Shown here one piece after another: positions 27,260-37,017 of a DNA stretch of 64,000 nucleotides (position 1 is its first letter; each line of letters starts with the position of its first letter). A model generated the notes under the pieces. The model searched no databases. It was not told the origin of the DNA and worked only from the letters and a program-made list of their open reading frames with translations. Origin of the DNA: Clostridiales bacterium (GTDB lineage: Bacteria > Bacillota > Clostridia > Saccharofermentanales > Saccharofermentanaceae); the NCBI GenBank assembly GCA_017513085.1, contig JAFWDK010000029.1:96001-160000 (forward strand), in the 5' to 3' direction. A program made the translations under genes and the position numbers.

Positions 27260-28258
27260 TTACTTCATGCACTCCTCAACAGCTACTGCAACAGCAACGG
27301 AAGCACCAACCATCGGGTTGTTGCCCATGCCGAGGAAGCCCATCATCTCAACGTGTGCCGGAACGGAGGAAGAACCTGCGAACTGAGCATCGGAGTGCAT
27401 ACGGCCCATAGTATCTGTCATACCGTAAGAAGCCGGACCTGCAGCCATGTTATCCGGATGCAGTGTACGACCTGTACCACCACCGGAAGCAACAGAGAAG
27501 TACTTCTTGCCGGCAGCAATTCTTTCCTTCTTGTATGTGCCTGCAACAGGGTGCTGGAATCTTGTCGGGTTTGTGGAGTTACCTGTGATGGAAACGTCAA
27601 CGTTCTCGCTCCAGAGGATCGCAACGCCTTCACGGACGTCGTCTGCGCCATAGCAGCGAACCTTCGCACGAGGTCCATCAGAATAAGGTGTTTCTTTAAC
27701 GACCTTCAGCTCGCCTGTGTAGTAGTCGAACTGTGTCTGTACATAGGTGAAACCATTGATACGGGAAATGATGAAGGCAGCATCTTTGCCCAGACCATTG
27801 AGGATAACACGGAGAGGCTTAACACGAACTTTGTTAGCCATCTCAGCGATCTTGATCGCGCCCTCGGCAGCAGCGAAGGATTCGTGACCGGCCAGGAATG
27901 CGAAGCACTCTGTTTCTTCACGGAGAAGCATAGCAGCGAGGTTACCGTGGCCAAGACCAACCTTACGGTCATCAGCAACTGTGCCCGGGATGCAGATAGC
28001 CTGCAGGCCGATACCGATTGCCTCAGCAGCGTCAGCTGCCTTAGTGCAGCCCTTCTTAATAGCGATAGCAGCACCTACAACATAAGCCCACTTCGCATTC
28101 TCGAAGCAGATGTTCTGTGTGCTCTCGCAGATCTTATACGGGTCAATACCCTTCTCGTCGCAGATCTTCTTTGCTTCTTCGATAGAGGAAATACCATTAT
28201 CGTTCAGAGCCTTGTTGATCTGATCTATTCTTCTGTCATAGCTTTCAAACAATGCCAT
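27260..28258 (-). CDS. GGGtGRT protein
   Basis: SVASGGGTGRTLHPDN signature; MALFESYDRR start. Confidence 0.95.
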   Translation of the reverse strand: MALFESYDRRIDQINKALNDNGISSIEEAKKICDEKGIDPYKICESTQNICFENAKWAYVVGAAIAIKKGCTKAADAAEAIGIGLQAICIPGTVADDRKVGLGHGNLAAMLLREETECFAFLAGHESFAAAEGAIKIAEMANKVRVKPLRVILNGLGKDAAFIISRINGFTYVQTQFDYYTGELKVVKETPYSDGPRAKVRCYGADDVREGVAILWSENVDVSITGNSTNPTRFQHPVAGTYKKERIAAGKKYFSVASGGGTGRTLHPDNMAAGPASYGMTDTMGRMHSDAQFAGSSSVPAHVEMMGFLGMGNNPMVGASVAVAVAVEECMK

Positions 28259-28278
28259 AATCTTTAATCTCCTTCCTC

Positions 28279-28971
28279 TTACTCTTTACGCGGATCGATG
28301 TAACGAGCCGCATTGTCGAATCTGCCGTATGTACCGAGGTTAGCCTGGTAAGCTTCATTGGCATCCTTACCACTCTTGATCTGATCGAGCATCGGTCCGA
28401 TCTTCAGGTACTGGTAACCAATGATCTGGTCGTCAGCATCCAGAGCCAGCTTAACGATGTAACCTTCTGTGAGCTCGAGGTAACGAGGACCCTTCTCAAG
28501 AGTAGAGAAGATAGTACCTGTCTGGGAACGAAGGCCCTTACCGAGATCTTCGAGGCCGGCGCCGATAGAAAGACCGCCCTCAGAGAAAGCAGACTGCGTA
28601 CGACCGTAAACGATCTGCAGGAAAAGTTCTCTCATAGCTGTGTTGATTGCGTCGCAAACGAGGTCAGTATTCAGAGCCTCGAGGATCGTCTTGCCCGGGA
28701 GGATCTCGCCGGCCATAGCTGCGGAGTGAGTCATACCTGTGCATCCGATCGTCTCAACGAGAGCTTCCTGGATAACACCTTCTTTAACGTTCAGGGACAG
28801 CTTACAAGTACCCTGCTGCGGTGCACACCAACCGATACCGTGTGTGTAACCGGAGATATCCTTAATTTCTTTGGCCTGTATCCACTTTCCTTCTTCAGGA
28901 ATCGGAGCCGGACCGTGGTTGCAACCCTTTGCAACGCAAGTCATCTGTTCAACTTCATGTGTCTTGATCAT
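28279..28971 (-). CDS. NifU/IscU-like Fe-S scaffold-domain partner of the GGGtGRT protein
   Basis: HGPAPIPEEG, GWCAPQQGTCKL, ETIGCTGMTHSA, DLVCDA. Confidence 0.88.
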   Translation of the reverse strand: MIKTHEVEQMTCVAKGCNHGPAPIPEEGKWIQAKEIKDISGYTHGIGWCAPQQGTCKLSLNVKEGVIQEALVETIGCTGMTHSAAMAGEILPGKTILEALNTDLVCDAINTAMRELFLQIVYGRTQSAFSEGGLSIGAGLEDLGKGLRSQTGTIFSTLEKGPRYLELTEGYIVKLALDADDQIIGYQYLKIGPMLDQIKSGKDANEAYQANLGTYGRFDNAARYIDPRKE

Positions 28972-29209
28972 GTTGAAAACCCCTTTCGAAATAATGCATG
29001 TAGCTATTGTGCACGCTTTCCGAAATGGCGCACAACAACACCTCGTACATTATACGAGAATATCTTTGAAATAACAACCGAAAAACAGACACGGCAAGTT
29101 CTTTTTTTGTTGAAACGATAAATTAACTTTTTCTTTATTCTTTCTAGACCGTGACTTTACTCTTGGCTGTTAGGATTACGTTGTCAGGCAAAGAGAGAAA
29201 CGCTGACAA

Positions 29210-29863
29210 ATGGAGGAAGATAGAAAGATGACTATGGAAATGAAAGAAAATATGGAGACGAAGAGATCATTTGAAGGCGTAAGTGTTAATGCATTCGTAG
29301 TTACAGGATATGAACTCCTGTCAATCGGTAAGAGCCGGATCGCTAAAGCGAAATTTGAAACCATGCTGGATTTCCCGGAGGAGCAGAAGAAGGATATGAT
29401 CCTTGCCGGGCAAAAAGCACTTCTCAATAATGGTGTCGTACTCGGATACCGTAAGAACAAGAAGATCGTTGCCATGTATATCATCGATAAGAACACGGAT
29501 AGTTTTGACTGCAACCGTGCATTTATTTCGGAAAACGTGAGTGCAGAGGATCAAGAGCGTATGGAATATGACATCAAGCGTCAGATCGCACTCCTGGTTT
29601 ATTCCGCACAATTCAGCAGTGGCACTTTTTTCGGACAAAAGGCTCCCGGAATAGAGAGAGAAAAAAGACCCTATGCGCTTCCTTTGGCGTTGCTTATCTG
29701 TTTAGGCATGGGCCTGGCAATATACCCGGCTACGAAGAGCTTCCCGGTTGCCTTTTTCTTTATGCTTAGCCAGTTTGCACTATGGTTCACGATTATGAGC
29801 AACAGGCTGATCCTCAAAGATCCGGTTGAGGAGCCGGCAGACAAAGATAAAGAGAACGCGTAA
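29210..29863 (+). CDS. Hypothetical membrane protein
   Basis: Two C-terminal TM segments; the start may be a downstream Met. Confidence 0.65.
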   Translation: MEEDRKMTMEMKENMETKRSFEGVSVNAFVVTGYELLSIGKSRIAKAKFETMLDFPEEQKKDMILAGQKALLNNGVVLGYRKNKKIVAMYIIDKNTDSFDCNRAFISENVSAEDQERMEYDIKRQIALLVYSAQFSSGTFFGQKAPGIEREKRPYALPLALLICLGMGLAIYPATKSFPVAFFFMLSQFALWFTIMSNRLILKDPVEEPADKDKENA

Positions 29864-29919
29864 CAGGCATCGGTAAAAGAAACGCCACGTGCGCACATGA
29901 CCTCCTCTCCGGGGATACC

Positions 29920-31851
29920 TCAGAGAGAGAGGTCTTTCTTATGCTCTTTCTTTTCTTCGTACATGGCAGAATCGGCTATTTTCATGTATTCTTCCGAATA
30001 TTTATGGATCTCCGAGTCGGTGCAGGCCGGAGGAAGTTTGACGCAGGCACCGATACTGACACGGACCTGATAGTCTTTCTTATCACGCGAGACACGAAGA
30101 GAAATGTGATTTCTGAGCGCCGCGATGTAGGCGGCAACTTTCTCCTCAGAATAGTTTTTGGCCAACACAACAAATTCGTCACCACCGGTACGGAGACAGA
30201 CCTCGCCGTGCTGGGCGGCCACATTCATCGCTTCGGCAATGGTGCAAAGGCTATAGTCGCCTTCGGCATGGCCATAGGTGTCATTGACGTATTTAAGATC
30301 ATCCATGTCGATGACGAGAATAGCGATCGGGACCCCGGAATCACGGCACTCTTTGAAGAATTCAGAGAAGAAAAGCTCATAACCGTGACGATTATAGAGA
30401 TCCGTCAGCATATCACGGTTATAAAGGTTTTCCATCCGTTTGACGGTCTTGTTGAGTTCCTGACGGACACGCCAGTTCTCGAGCATGGAACCGAGATTAA
30501 CGATCCAGGATTTCATGGCGAGCTGTTCATGCGATTCGTCCTTGGGCGAGACGATGAGATAGCCCATGTAATACTGCAGATGATGGATGGAAATAATATA
30601 ATACGGCTTCGGGTCAGCAAGCAGTGCAGGCGGAAGAAGATCTTTCTTCCGGAAAGTCTCATGCTCGACCTGCTTGTCGCCGATAAAACCGGCAGCAACC
30701 GTCATTTCCTCGTCCTGTCGGGCATAGTCATGCGAGAGGGCACGCTTCTTATCCCAGTCCGGAGCCAGACATAAAAGCATATCTTCAAATCCGGTATCGA
30801 TCGAAGCGTTCTTGGAGATCTCACTGAAACATTCTTCCAAAGTTGCTGCATTGGAAACACTGAGAATAAGATTCGTCGTTGCCTGCGCCAGATATACGAC
30901 ACGGTCCAGACGACCGGAATAAAGTTCTCTTATATCTTCGATCACGTCAGTAGTCATCGGCGCGCAACCACATGACTGGTTACAGCAGAGACGACCGTGC
31001 GTTAGAAGTTCTTTCGGAAGATCTCCGCCGTCCCAGAAACGCTTCAGCGCCTGAATGCATTCGTAGCCGGATTCATAGAACGGCTGGCTGGCAGTCGTAA
31101 TAGAAGGGTAGCCCTGAAATGCTTCCTCGATACCGTCGTAACCGGTTACCAGAATGTCTCCCGGGACGGCGATGCCATGCGCACGGCAAGCGTTGACTAC
31201 ACCGATCGCGGAATAGTCATTTGCACAGACAATGGCATCCGGGTATTTCTTGCCGTTCTTTCGGCAATTGTCCAGGATCGCCGAGAGCACCTCCTCGCCA
31301 CAGTCACGCCAGAGTGTTCCGTAAACGACTTTCGAAGGATCGTAGGGGATCGAGTGATCTTCCAAAGCAGCACGATATGCATCGATACGCTGTTGCGTGA
31401 ATGGCTTGTGCCGAAGACCGGCCACATGGTAGATATCTTTACAACCATGCACATCGATCAGATGCGAGATGATGTCCCGGAAAGCTTCCTTCTCATCGTT
31501 CAGGATATTGATGTAACGTGTGTCGTGTCCACCGACATTAATGATCGGTATCTTGACATCTTTGAGACGGTTGTCGAGATGCTCTTTGGCAAAAGTACCA
31601 TAGGACAGATCGACCCGGATGATGCCGTCAAAACCGTCGAGATCCGGGATCTCGAAAGCGATGACGTCGCCTTCGTCGTAATGGATATACTGATCGTACA
31701 CTTTGTTGCTGAATGTGTCACTGAAACTGGTGAAGCAAATGACCTTGACGCCGTTTTCCTGCGCAGCGGCATCAATGCCCTTGTGGATGGCATGCGCCAT
31801 CGGCTCATAAATATTGGATGAAAAAACAGCAACCTTCTTCTGCGTGTTCAT
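29920..31851 (-). CDS. LacI-type sugar-binding domain diguanylate cyclase
   Basis: AIVCAND, VTGYDG, ITTASQP; DMDDLKYVND, intact GGDEF; GGAGG before ATG 31851. Confidence 0.88.
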   Translation of the reverse strand: MNTQKKVAVFSSNIYEPMAHAIHKGIDAAAQENGVKVICFTSFSDTFSNKVYDQYIHYDEGDVIAFEIPDLDGFDGIIRVDLSYGTFAKEHLDNRLKDVKIPIINVGGHDTRYINILNDEKEAFRDIISHLIDVHGCKDIYHVAGLRHKPFTQQRIDAYRAALEDHSIPYDPSKVVYGTLWRDCGEEVLSAILDNCRKNGKKYPDAIVCANDYSAIGVVNACRAHGIAVPGDILVTGYDGIEEAFQGYPSITTASQPFYESGYECIQALKRFWDGGDLPKELLTHGRLCCNQSCGCAPMTTDVIEDIRELYSGRLDRVVYLAQATTNLILSVSNAATLEECFSEISKNASIDTGFEDMLLCLAPDWDKKRALSHDYARQDEEMTVAAGFIGDKQVEHETFRKKDLLPPALLADPKPYYIISIHHLQYYMGYLIVSPKDESHEQLAMKSWIVNLGSMLENWRVRQELNKTVKRMENLYNRDMLTDLYNRHGYELFFSEFFKECRDSGVPIAILVIDMDDLKYVNDTYGHAEGDYSLCTIAEAMNVAAQHGEVCLRTGGDEFVVLAKNYSEEKVAAYIAALRNHISLRVSRDKKDYQVRVSIGACVKLPPACTDSEIHKYSEEYMKIADSAMYEEKKEHKKDLSL

Positions 31852-32016
31852 AAGAGCCTCCACCGAAAACACTTCTAAATATATTTTTATGATACAGCAC
31901 AGTTTCGCAAAAATCATGAATAACTTATAAACATTACGGCTTCAAAAGAACCGAAATGAAATATTCACATATTCCTGTTAAAATATCAGTAGTGTTTTGA
32001 ACAGGGAGGTGTCTTT

Positions 32017-32895
32017 ATGGATTTGATTGGATTTTATCGCGAGGGCGAAGCTTTCGGCTGTTTCAGCAACTGGTATCCGGCTGAGTTCGACTATGCGGGG
32101 AAGCACTATGCAACTTCCGAACAATTCATGATGTACCAGAAGGTCTTAATGTTCGGACAGTTTGACCTGGCCGGACAGATCATGGCGACACCGGACCCTG
32201 AGAACTGTAAGATCATCGGTCGTACTTTCTTCCCGGAATTTGACGGGGCGCTATGGAAAAAGACCCGCTACGAGGTAGTCAAGCGTGGCGTGCGGCAAAA
32301 ATTCGCACAAAACCCGGACATCCTTCAGGTACTCCTGGAAACAGGAGATTCCCTGCTTGCCGAGTGTTCGCCAAGTGACGCCGACTGGGGCATCAAGATC
32401 GGCGAGAACGATCCGGCCTACAAAGATGTATCCAAGTGGCAGGGCGAAAACCTTCTGGGAAGGATGCTCATGGAATTACGCGCCGAATTCCGGACGGAAC
32501 TCGCAGGACATCTGGGCGGAGTGCTTCTGAGCCGGAATGGGAAGAACCGTTCTTCCGGATTCCCGATCGGAGATAGCTCTGAGGTCGACATTCCGAAGAT
32601 CCCGTATATCGATGCAAGAAATCTCGCGCCGATCCCGGAGTGGGAGTCACGTGCCGGGGAATTGCGGCGCATCCCGCAGTTTTTCAACACGATCAAAGCC
32701 TATGCTGAAGTGCTCGGCCGTGGATATGGCCTTGCTTCCGGCGTGACGCCGGTCGGCAAAGGTGTATTTCTGTTCGATAAGACGCTTGCCGGTTGGGAAG
32801 AAGCACTTCGTGCCGGAAACTGTGGTATTCCGGAGGCGGGCTTCTTCGAACTCAAGCAGGATGTGTACGATATAGCGGGAAAACTGTCTAAGTAG
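32017..32895 (+). CDS. NADAR (YbiA-like) family protein with a C-terminal extension
   Basis: FSNWY, SEQFMMYQK, KFAQN, LAECSP.D..WG, GENLLG..LMELR. Confidence 0.88.
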   Translation: MDLIGFYREGEAFGCFSNWYPAEFDYAGKHYATSEQFMMYQKVLMFGQFDLAGQIMATPDPENCKIIGRTFFPEFDGALWKKTRYEVVKRGVRQKFAQNPDILQVLLETGDSLLAECSPSDADWGIKIGENDPAYKDVSKWQGENLLGRMLMELRAEFRTELAGHLGGVLLSRNGKNRSSGFPIGDSSEVDIPKIPYIDARNLAPIPEWESRAGELRRIPQFFNTIKAYAEVLGRGYGLASGVTPVGKGVFLFDKTLAGWEEALRAGNCGIPEAGFFELKQDVYDIAGKLSK

Positions 32896-32965
32896 GCGGC
32901 ACACGCCACCGCAGGCTTTAGAACGTTAGCAAGCATACGCGGGACGGGCAGAGGGAGAAAAACGG

Positions 32966-33193
32966 ATGAGTCTGTTTCGGAAAAAAGAAGAAAAGAAACC
33001 AGTGCTTTTTGAGCCGGAGAGTGAAGAACCGGTCGTGCATAAGAGCATCTGTACCGGAGAGACGACGGTAGGTTTTGCCCATCGTGTTTCCGGACGCTAC
33101 CGGGATGTGCGGAAAGTGTCGTCGGAGGCGGAGATCGAGGCGTTCTGCCGTGAAGTCGGGGCGGATCCGAAAACGATCCGGACGATATACTGA
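32966..33193 (+). CDS. Small conserved hypothetical protein
   Basis: PV...SICTGE...GF motif; RBS AGGGAG. Confidence 0.7.
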   Translation: MSLFRKKEEKKPVLFEPESEEPVVHKSICTGETTVGFAHRVSGRYRDVRKVSSEAEIEAFCREVGADPKTIRTIY

Positions 33194-33236
33194 GAGATAA
33201 AGCAATATAGACAACCAGGAAGAAGAGGAAACAAGA

Positions 33237-35720
33237 TTGGGAAGCAGAGCTTTTGGAAAGAATGAGATCCAAGCGCTTAGCGCGAAGATCCTTCTGGCCC
33301 GGCAAGTGGCCGAGGCGGGATATCAGCGGGTAAATACGACACGTGCGGAAATCGAGGCGGCGATCAACGAGGCGGTAAAGCCGGAGTGGGCGCGAACCCT
33401 TCAGGGGATCCCGGTCGATGAACTGAACATGAACAAAGCGGGCATCCGTACCAATGTCCTGAAAGAAGCGGGATACGGAAACGTGTATGCGGTCTACGCG
33501 GCGAGCCAGATGAATCTGGCATCGGTCTACGGCATCGGCGAGGTCATGGCGCAAAAAGCGAAAGAGAACGCTTTGAAGATCGCAAGTGATGTGAGTAACA
33601 ATGTTAAATTGCGTATCAGCACGGACCATAAGACCGAAGAGTACTCGCGTCTGGTGACGGCGGTGGCCGAGCACATGCGGGCGAAGCAGAACCTGCCGAA
33701 GTGCGAAAGTCTTGCCGCCATGCTGCCTGCCGATCCCGCTTCTGAACTGAGCAAAGTGCAATGCGCGAGCAACGGCCTGAAGTGGTTTTTTACCGGAGAT
33801 AAGAAAAAAGAAGCGGCGCAGAATGCCTATAACACTTTGACCTCTTCGGCGTCGGCCATCGATTCCAGCGGACTGGTCCAGCAGATACAGGGAGATGGCC
33901 AGCCGATCACCATTGCCGCGGCGTGGAGTGATTTTGCGACAAGACCGGTGGAATACTATCACGTACTGGAGGAGATCGCGCCGGAGCGCTTCGATACCAG
34001 TGAGGACGGCTATGGCTTAAGTGATGAGATCCGTGAGAGCGTCGAGCAGACAAAAGTGGATCTTACCGGCCTGAAGTGCCAGCTCCGCGGCTATCAGCTC
34101 TGGGGCGTCAAATATATCCTTCAGCAAAAGCGTGTGCTTCTTGGAGACGAGATGGGTCTGGGAAAGACGATCCAGGCTCTGGCGGCAATGGTTTCACTTC
34201 GCAACGAGGGCGCGGCGCATTTCCTCGTGATCTGCCCGGCCAGTGTCATCATAAACTGGTGCCGTGAGGTAGAAGGAAAAAGTGACCTGAAATCCTATAA
34301 TCTGCACGATGCCGGACGGGAAAGCGCTTTTCGGGCATGGATGGAAAACGGCGGCGTGGCGGTGACGAATTTTGAGAGCCTGGCCAATCATTTTTCCATT
34401 GCAGACGATTTCCGGATCAACATGATCGTTGTGGACGAGGCGCATTATATCAAGAATACCGAGGCACGGCGCAGTAAGAACGTGCTGAATATCTGCGGTC
34501 ACACGGACAGGATCCTGTTTATGACGGGTACCCCTTTGGAAAACAGGGTGGAGGAGATGGTGCGGCTGATGGATTATCTGCAGCCTGAGGTGGCGAAACT
34601 GGCGCAGCAGGTGAGCATGACGGCTTATGCGGATGATTTCAAGAATAAGATCTCGCCGGTCTATTACAGGAGAAAGCGTGATGACGTGCTGACCGAGCTT
34701 CCGGATCTTACCGATATCAAGGAGTGGTGCGATATGACACCAGAGGATGAGCGGATCTATGAAGACGATATCCTTGCCGGTTCCTTTATGGACGCGCGCC
34801 GTGTCTCCTGGCGGAACGATGACTATATGAATACTTCTTCCAAAGTCCAGCGTCTTCGTGAGATCGTGACCGATGCGCAGGAGGATTCCCGTAAAGTCCT
34901 GGTTTTTTCCTTTTTCCTGGACACGCTGGAGAAAGTACGTGCTGTGTTCGGACCGATGTGTGTCGGTGTGATCAATGGCTCCGTCCCGGTCGCAGAGAGA
35001 CAGGCGATCGTGGATGCTTTTGAAGCGGCGCCTGCGGGGTCGGTGCTGGCGGCGCAGATTCAGTCGGGTGGAACAGGTTTAAATATCCAGTCCGCCAGTG
35101 TGGTAGTGCTCTGCGAACCACAGTATAAGCCTTCTACGGAGAATCAGGCTATCGCGCGTGCACATCGTATGGGACAGACCAGGGATGTGCTGGTGCACAG
35201 GCTGTTATGCCCGAATACGGTGGATGAGCGGATGCTGGAGATCCTTGAGGCCAAGCAGGCGGAGTTCGATACTTTTGCGGATGAGTCCAGTGCAGCGAAG
35301 CGCGATGCGGCGGCTGCGGCGGCTGGTGAGACGGTGGATGTGACGGTGCGCGAGGACGGTCAGGAAAACAGTGCGACCGAAACCGGCGAGGTTGCCGGTG
35401 GCGGGGCTGTTCCGGCGGATGGTGCCGGTGGTGGCGAGGCGGAGATCGACAATGCCAGCATGAACCGTGTGTTTGCGCAGGAGCGCGAGCGCATCCTTGA
35501 GAAGAGAAGAAGAGAGCAGGAAAGCGGCGCGGGTGCGGCGGCTCCGGTGGAAACTGCTCCGGTGGAAACTGCTCCGGTGATAGCGGAAGAACCGACAGTA
35601 TCACGGGAACAACAGGCACCGCAGGAAGACACGGCGAAAGTGCTTTTCTGTAGGTATTGCGGAAAAAAGCTTCCCGGCGATGCGGTTTTCTGCAGTTATT
35701 GCGGGCGGAATATTCTGTAA
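33237..35720 (+). CDS. SNF2-family helicase with a C-terminal zinc ribbon
   Basis: LGDEMGLGKT, DEAH, TGTPLEN, GTGLN, QAIARAHRMGQ; CRYCG...FCSYCG. Confidence 0.9.
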   Translation: MGSRAFGKNEIQALSAKILLARQVAEAGYQRVNTTRAEIEAAINEAVKPEWARTLQGIPVDELNMNKAGIRTNVLKEAGYGNVYAVYAASQMNLASVYGIGEVMAQKAKENALKIASDVSNNVKLRISTDHKTEEYSRLVTAVAEHMRAKQNLPKCESLAAMLPADPASELSKVQCASNGLKWFFTGDKKKEAAQNAYNTLTSSASAIDSSGLVQQIQGDGQPITIAAAWSDFATRPVEYYHVLEEIAPERFDTSEDGYGLSDEIRESVEQTKVDLTGLKCQLRGYQLWGVKYILQQKRVLLGDEMGLGKTIQALAAMVSLRNEGAAHFLVICPASVIINWCREVEGKSDLKSYNLHDAGRESAFRAWMENGGVAVTNFESLANHFSIADDFRINMIVVDEAHYIKNTEARRSKNVLNICGHTDRILFMTGTPLENRVEEMVRLMDYLQPEVAKLAQQVSMTAYADDFKNKISPVYYRRKRDDVLTELPDLTDIKEWCDMTPEDERIYEDDILAGSFMDARRVSWRNDDYMNTSSKVQRLREIVTDAQEDSRKVLVFSFFLDTLEKVRAVFGPMCVGVINGSVPVAERQAIVDAFEAAPAGSVLAAQIQSGGTGLNIQSASVVVLCEPQYKPSTENQAIARAHRMGQTRDVLVHRLLCPNTVDERMLEILEAKQAEFDTFADESSAAKRDAAAAAAGETVDVTVREDGQENSATETGEVAGGGAVPADGAGGGEAEIDNASMNRVFAQERERILEKRRREQESGAGAAAPVETAPVETAPVIAEEPTVSREQQAPQEDTAKVLFCRYCGKKLPGDAVFCSYCGRNIL

Positions 35721-35745
35721 TTTGGGCATCATTTCACAGAAGTGT

Positions 35746-35774
35746 TTGACTATTGGCGAAAATTAGAGTAAGAT
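35746..35774 (+). promoter_or_regulatory. Sigma-A promoter of rpsU
   Basis: TTGACT-17-TAAGAT. Confidence 0.6.
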
Positions 35775-35836
35775 ATGTTCTGTTGCGAAACCGACCATGG
35801 TTTTCCAAGTTTATTGCACGGAAGGAGGGATAACAA

Positions 35837-36010
35837 GTGTCGGAAATCAGACTTAAAGAAAATGAGTCCCTTGACAGTGCTTTGCGTCGTTTCAAGCGTT
35901 CCTGCGCTCGTTCTGGTGTACTCGCTGAGGTACGTAAGAGAGAGCATTACGAAAAGCCTTCTGTACGCCGTAAGAAGAAGTCGGAGGCGGCTAGAAAGCG
36001 TAAGAGATAA
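35837..36010 (+). CDS. rpsU: 30S ribosomal protein S21 (absent from the ORF track)
   Basis: GTG start after AAGGAGG; translates to [57 protein letters not shown]. Confidence 0.97.
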   Translation: MSEIRLKENESLDSALRRFKRSCARSGVLAEVRKREHYEKPSVRRKKKSEAARKRKR

Positions 36011-36034
36011 TCTCTTTGAAAAAGTGACTTTTTG

Positions 36035-36066
36035 AAAACCTGTCGGAGTGATCCGGCAGGTTTTTT
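36035..36066 (+). terminator. Intrinsic terminator after rpsU
   Basis: AAAACCTGTCGGA/TCCGGCAGGTTTT stem plus T tract. Confidence 0.8.
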
Positions 36067-36180
36067 GCTGTGCAGCGTCGGGAGGGTGGGGCGGCAGTAG
36101 GATTCGCATCACTTGTAATTTTCCCCAAAAGCGACGGTGTTTTCTTTGGTTTATTGTTAGTCTTACCTAACAATGAAGTA

Positions 36181-36228
36181 TTGCATTCGACGAAAACATT
36201 AACTATAATACATATGAACAGTTGTTCA
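36181..36228 (+). promoter_or_regulatory. Sigma-A promoter with a downstream palindromic operator
   Basis: TTGCAT-17-TATAAT (36181-36209); TGAACA-GT-TGTTCA at 36215-36228. Confidence 0.65.
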
Positions 36229-36294
36229 AGTGTTAATATCTCGAGTGCCCGATCGGAGAGCGGGCGTGAAGACATAATGGTGAGGATAAAAGAT

Positions 36295-37005
36295 ATGACA
36301 AAAGAAGAGTTTTTGACAGTTAGTAATGTTTGTAAGTCCTTCGGAACCGGGGATAGCCGGCAGGAGGTGCTGCGGGGGATGGATTTTACTGTGGCGAAAG
36401 GTGAGTTCTGTGTGCTTCTCGGGCCGTCCGGGTCAGGTAAGTCGACGCTTTTGAATATTATCGGTGGTATCGATCAGGCGGATGACGGGTACATCGCGAT
36501 TGCGGGGGATAAGCTTCGTGAGATGGATGAAAAAGCACTGACGCGTTATAGAAGGAAGCACCTGGGGTATGTTTTCCAGCTTTACAACCTGATCCCGAAC
36601 CTGAACGTGAAGGAAAATATCGAGGTGGGCGCGTATCTTTCGGATAAGCCGCTCGACATTGATGAACTCCTGAACACACTGGGGCTTTGGGAGCATAGAT
36701 ATAAGCTTCCGAATCAGCTCAGCGGCGGTCAGCAGCAGAGAACTTCGATCGGGCGTGCGATCGTGAAGAATCCGGACATCCTGCTTTGCGATGAGCCGAC
36801 GGGCGCGCTGGATTACAACACTTCCAAGGAGATCCTCAAGCTTATTGAAGATGTGAATCAGAAATACGGAAATACCATTATTATGGTTACGCATAACAAT
36901 GCGATCTCGGATATGGCGGATCATACTATTAAGCTTCGTGACGGAAAAGTGAGAAAGAACATTGTCAATGATCACAAGATCAGCGCGATGGAACTTGACT
37001 GGTAA
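36295..37005 (+). CDS. ABC transporter ATP-binding protein (LolD/MacB-like)
   Basis: GPSGSGKS, LSGGQQQR, LLCDEPTGALD. Confidence 0.93.
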   Translation: MTKEEFLTVSNVCKSFGTGDSRQEVLRGMDFTVAKGEFCVLLGPSGSGKSTLLNIIGGIDQADDGYIAIAGDKLREMDEKALTRYRRKHLGYVFQLYNLIPNLNVKENIEVGAYLSDKPLDIDELLNTLGLWEHRYKLPNQLSGGQQQRTSIGRAIVKNPDILLCDEPTGALDYNTSKEILKLIEDVNQKYGNTIIMVTHNNAISDMADHTIKLRDGKVRKNIVNDHKISAMELDW

Positions 37006-37017
37006 GAGTGGGGAGCG

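Noticed and set aside
35541-35579. 15-bp tandem repeat (APVET) in the SNF2 tail
   Set aside because: In-frame linker repeat with no phase-variation potential
35775-36112. ORF-track ORFs 35775..36035 and 35750..36112, and an apparent REP-like stretch
   Set aside because: The region is rpsU (35837-36010) in another frame
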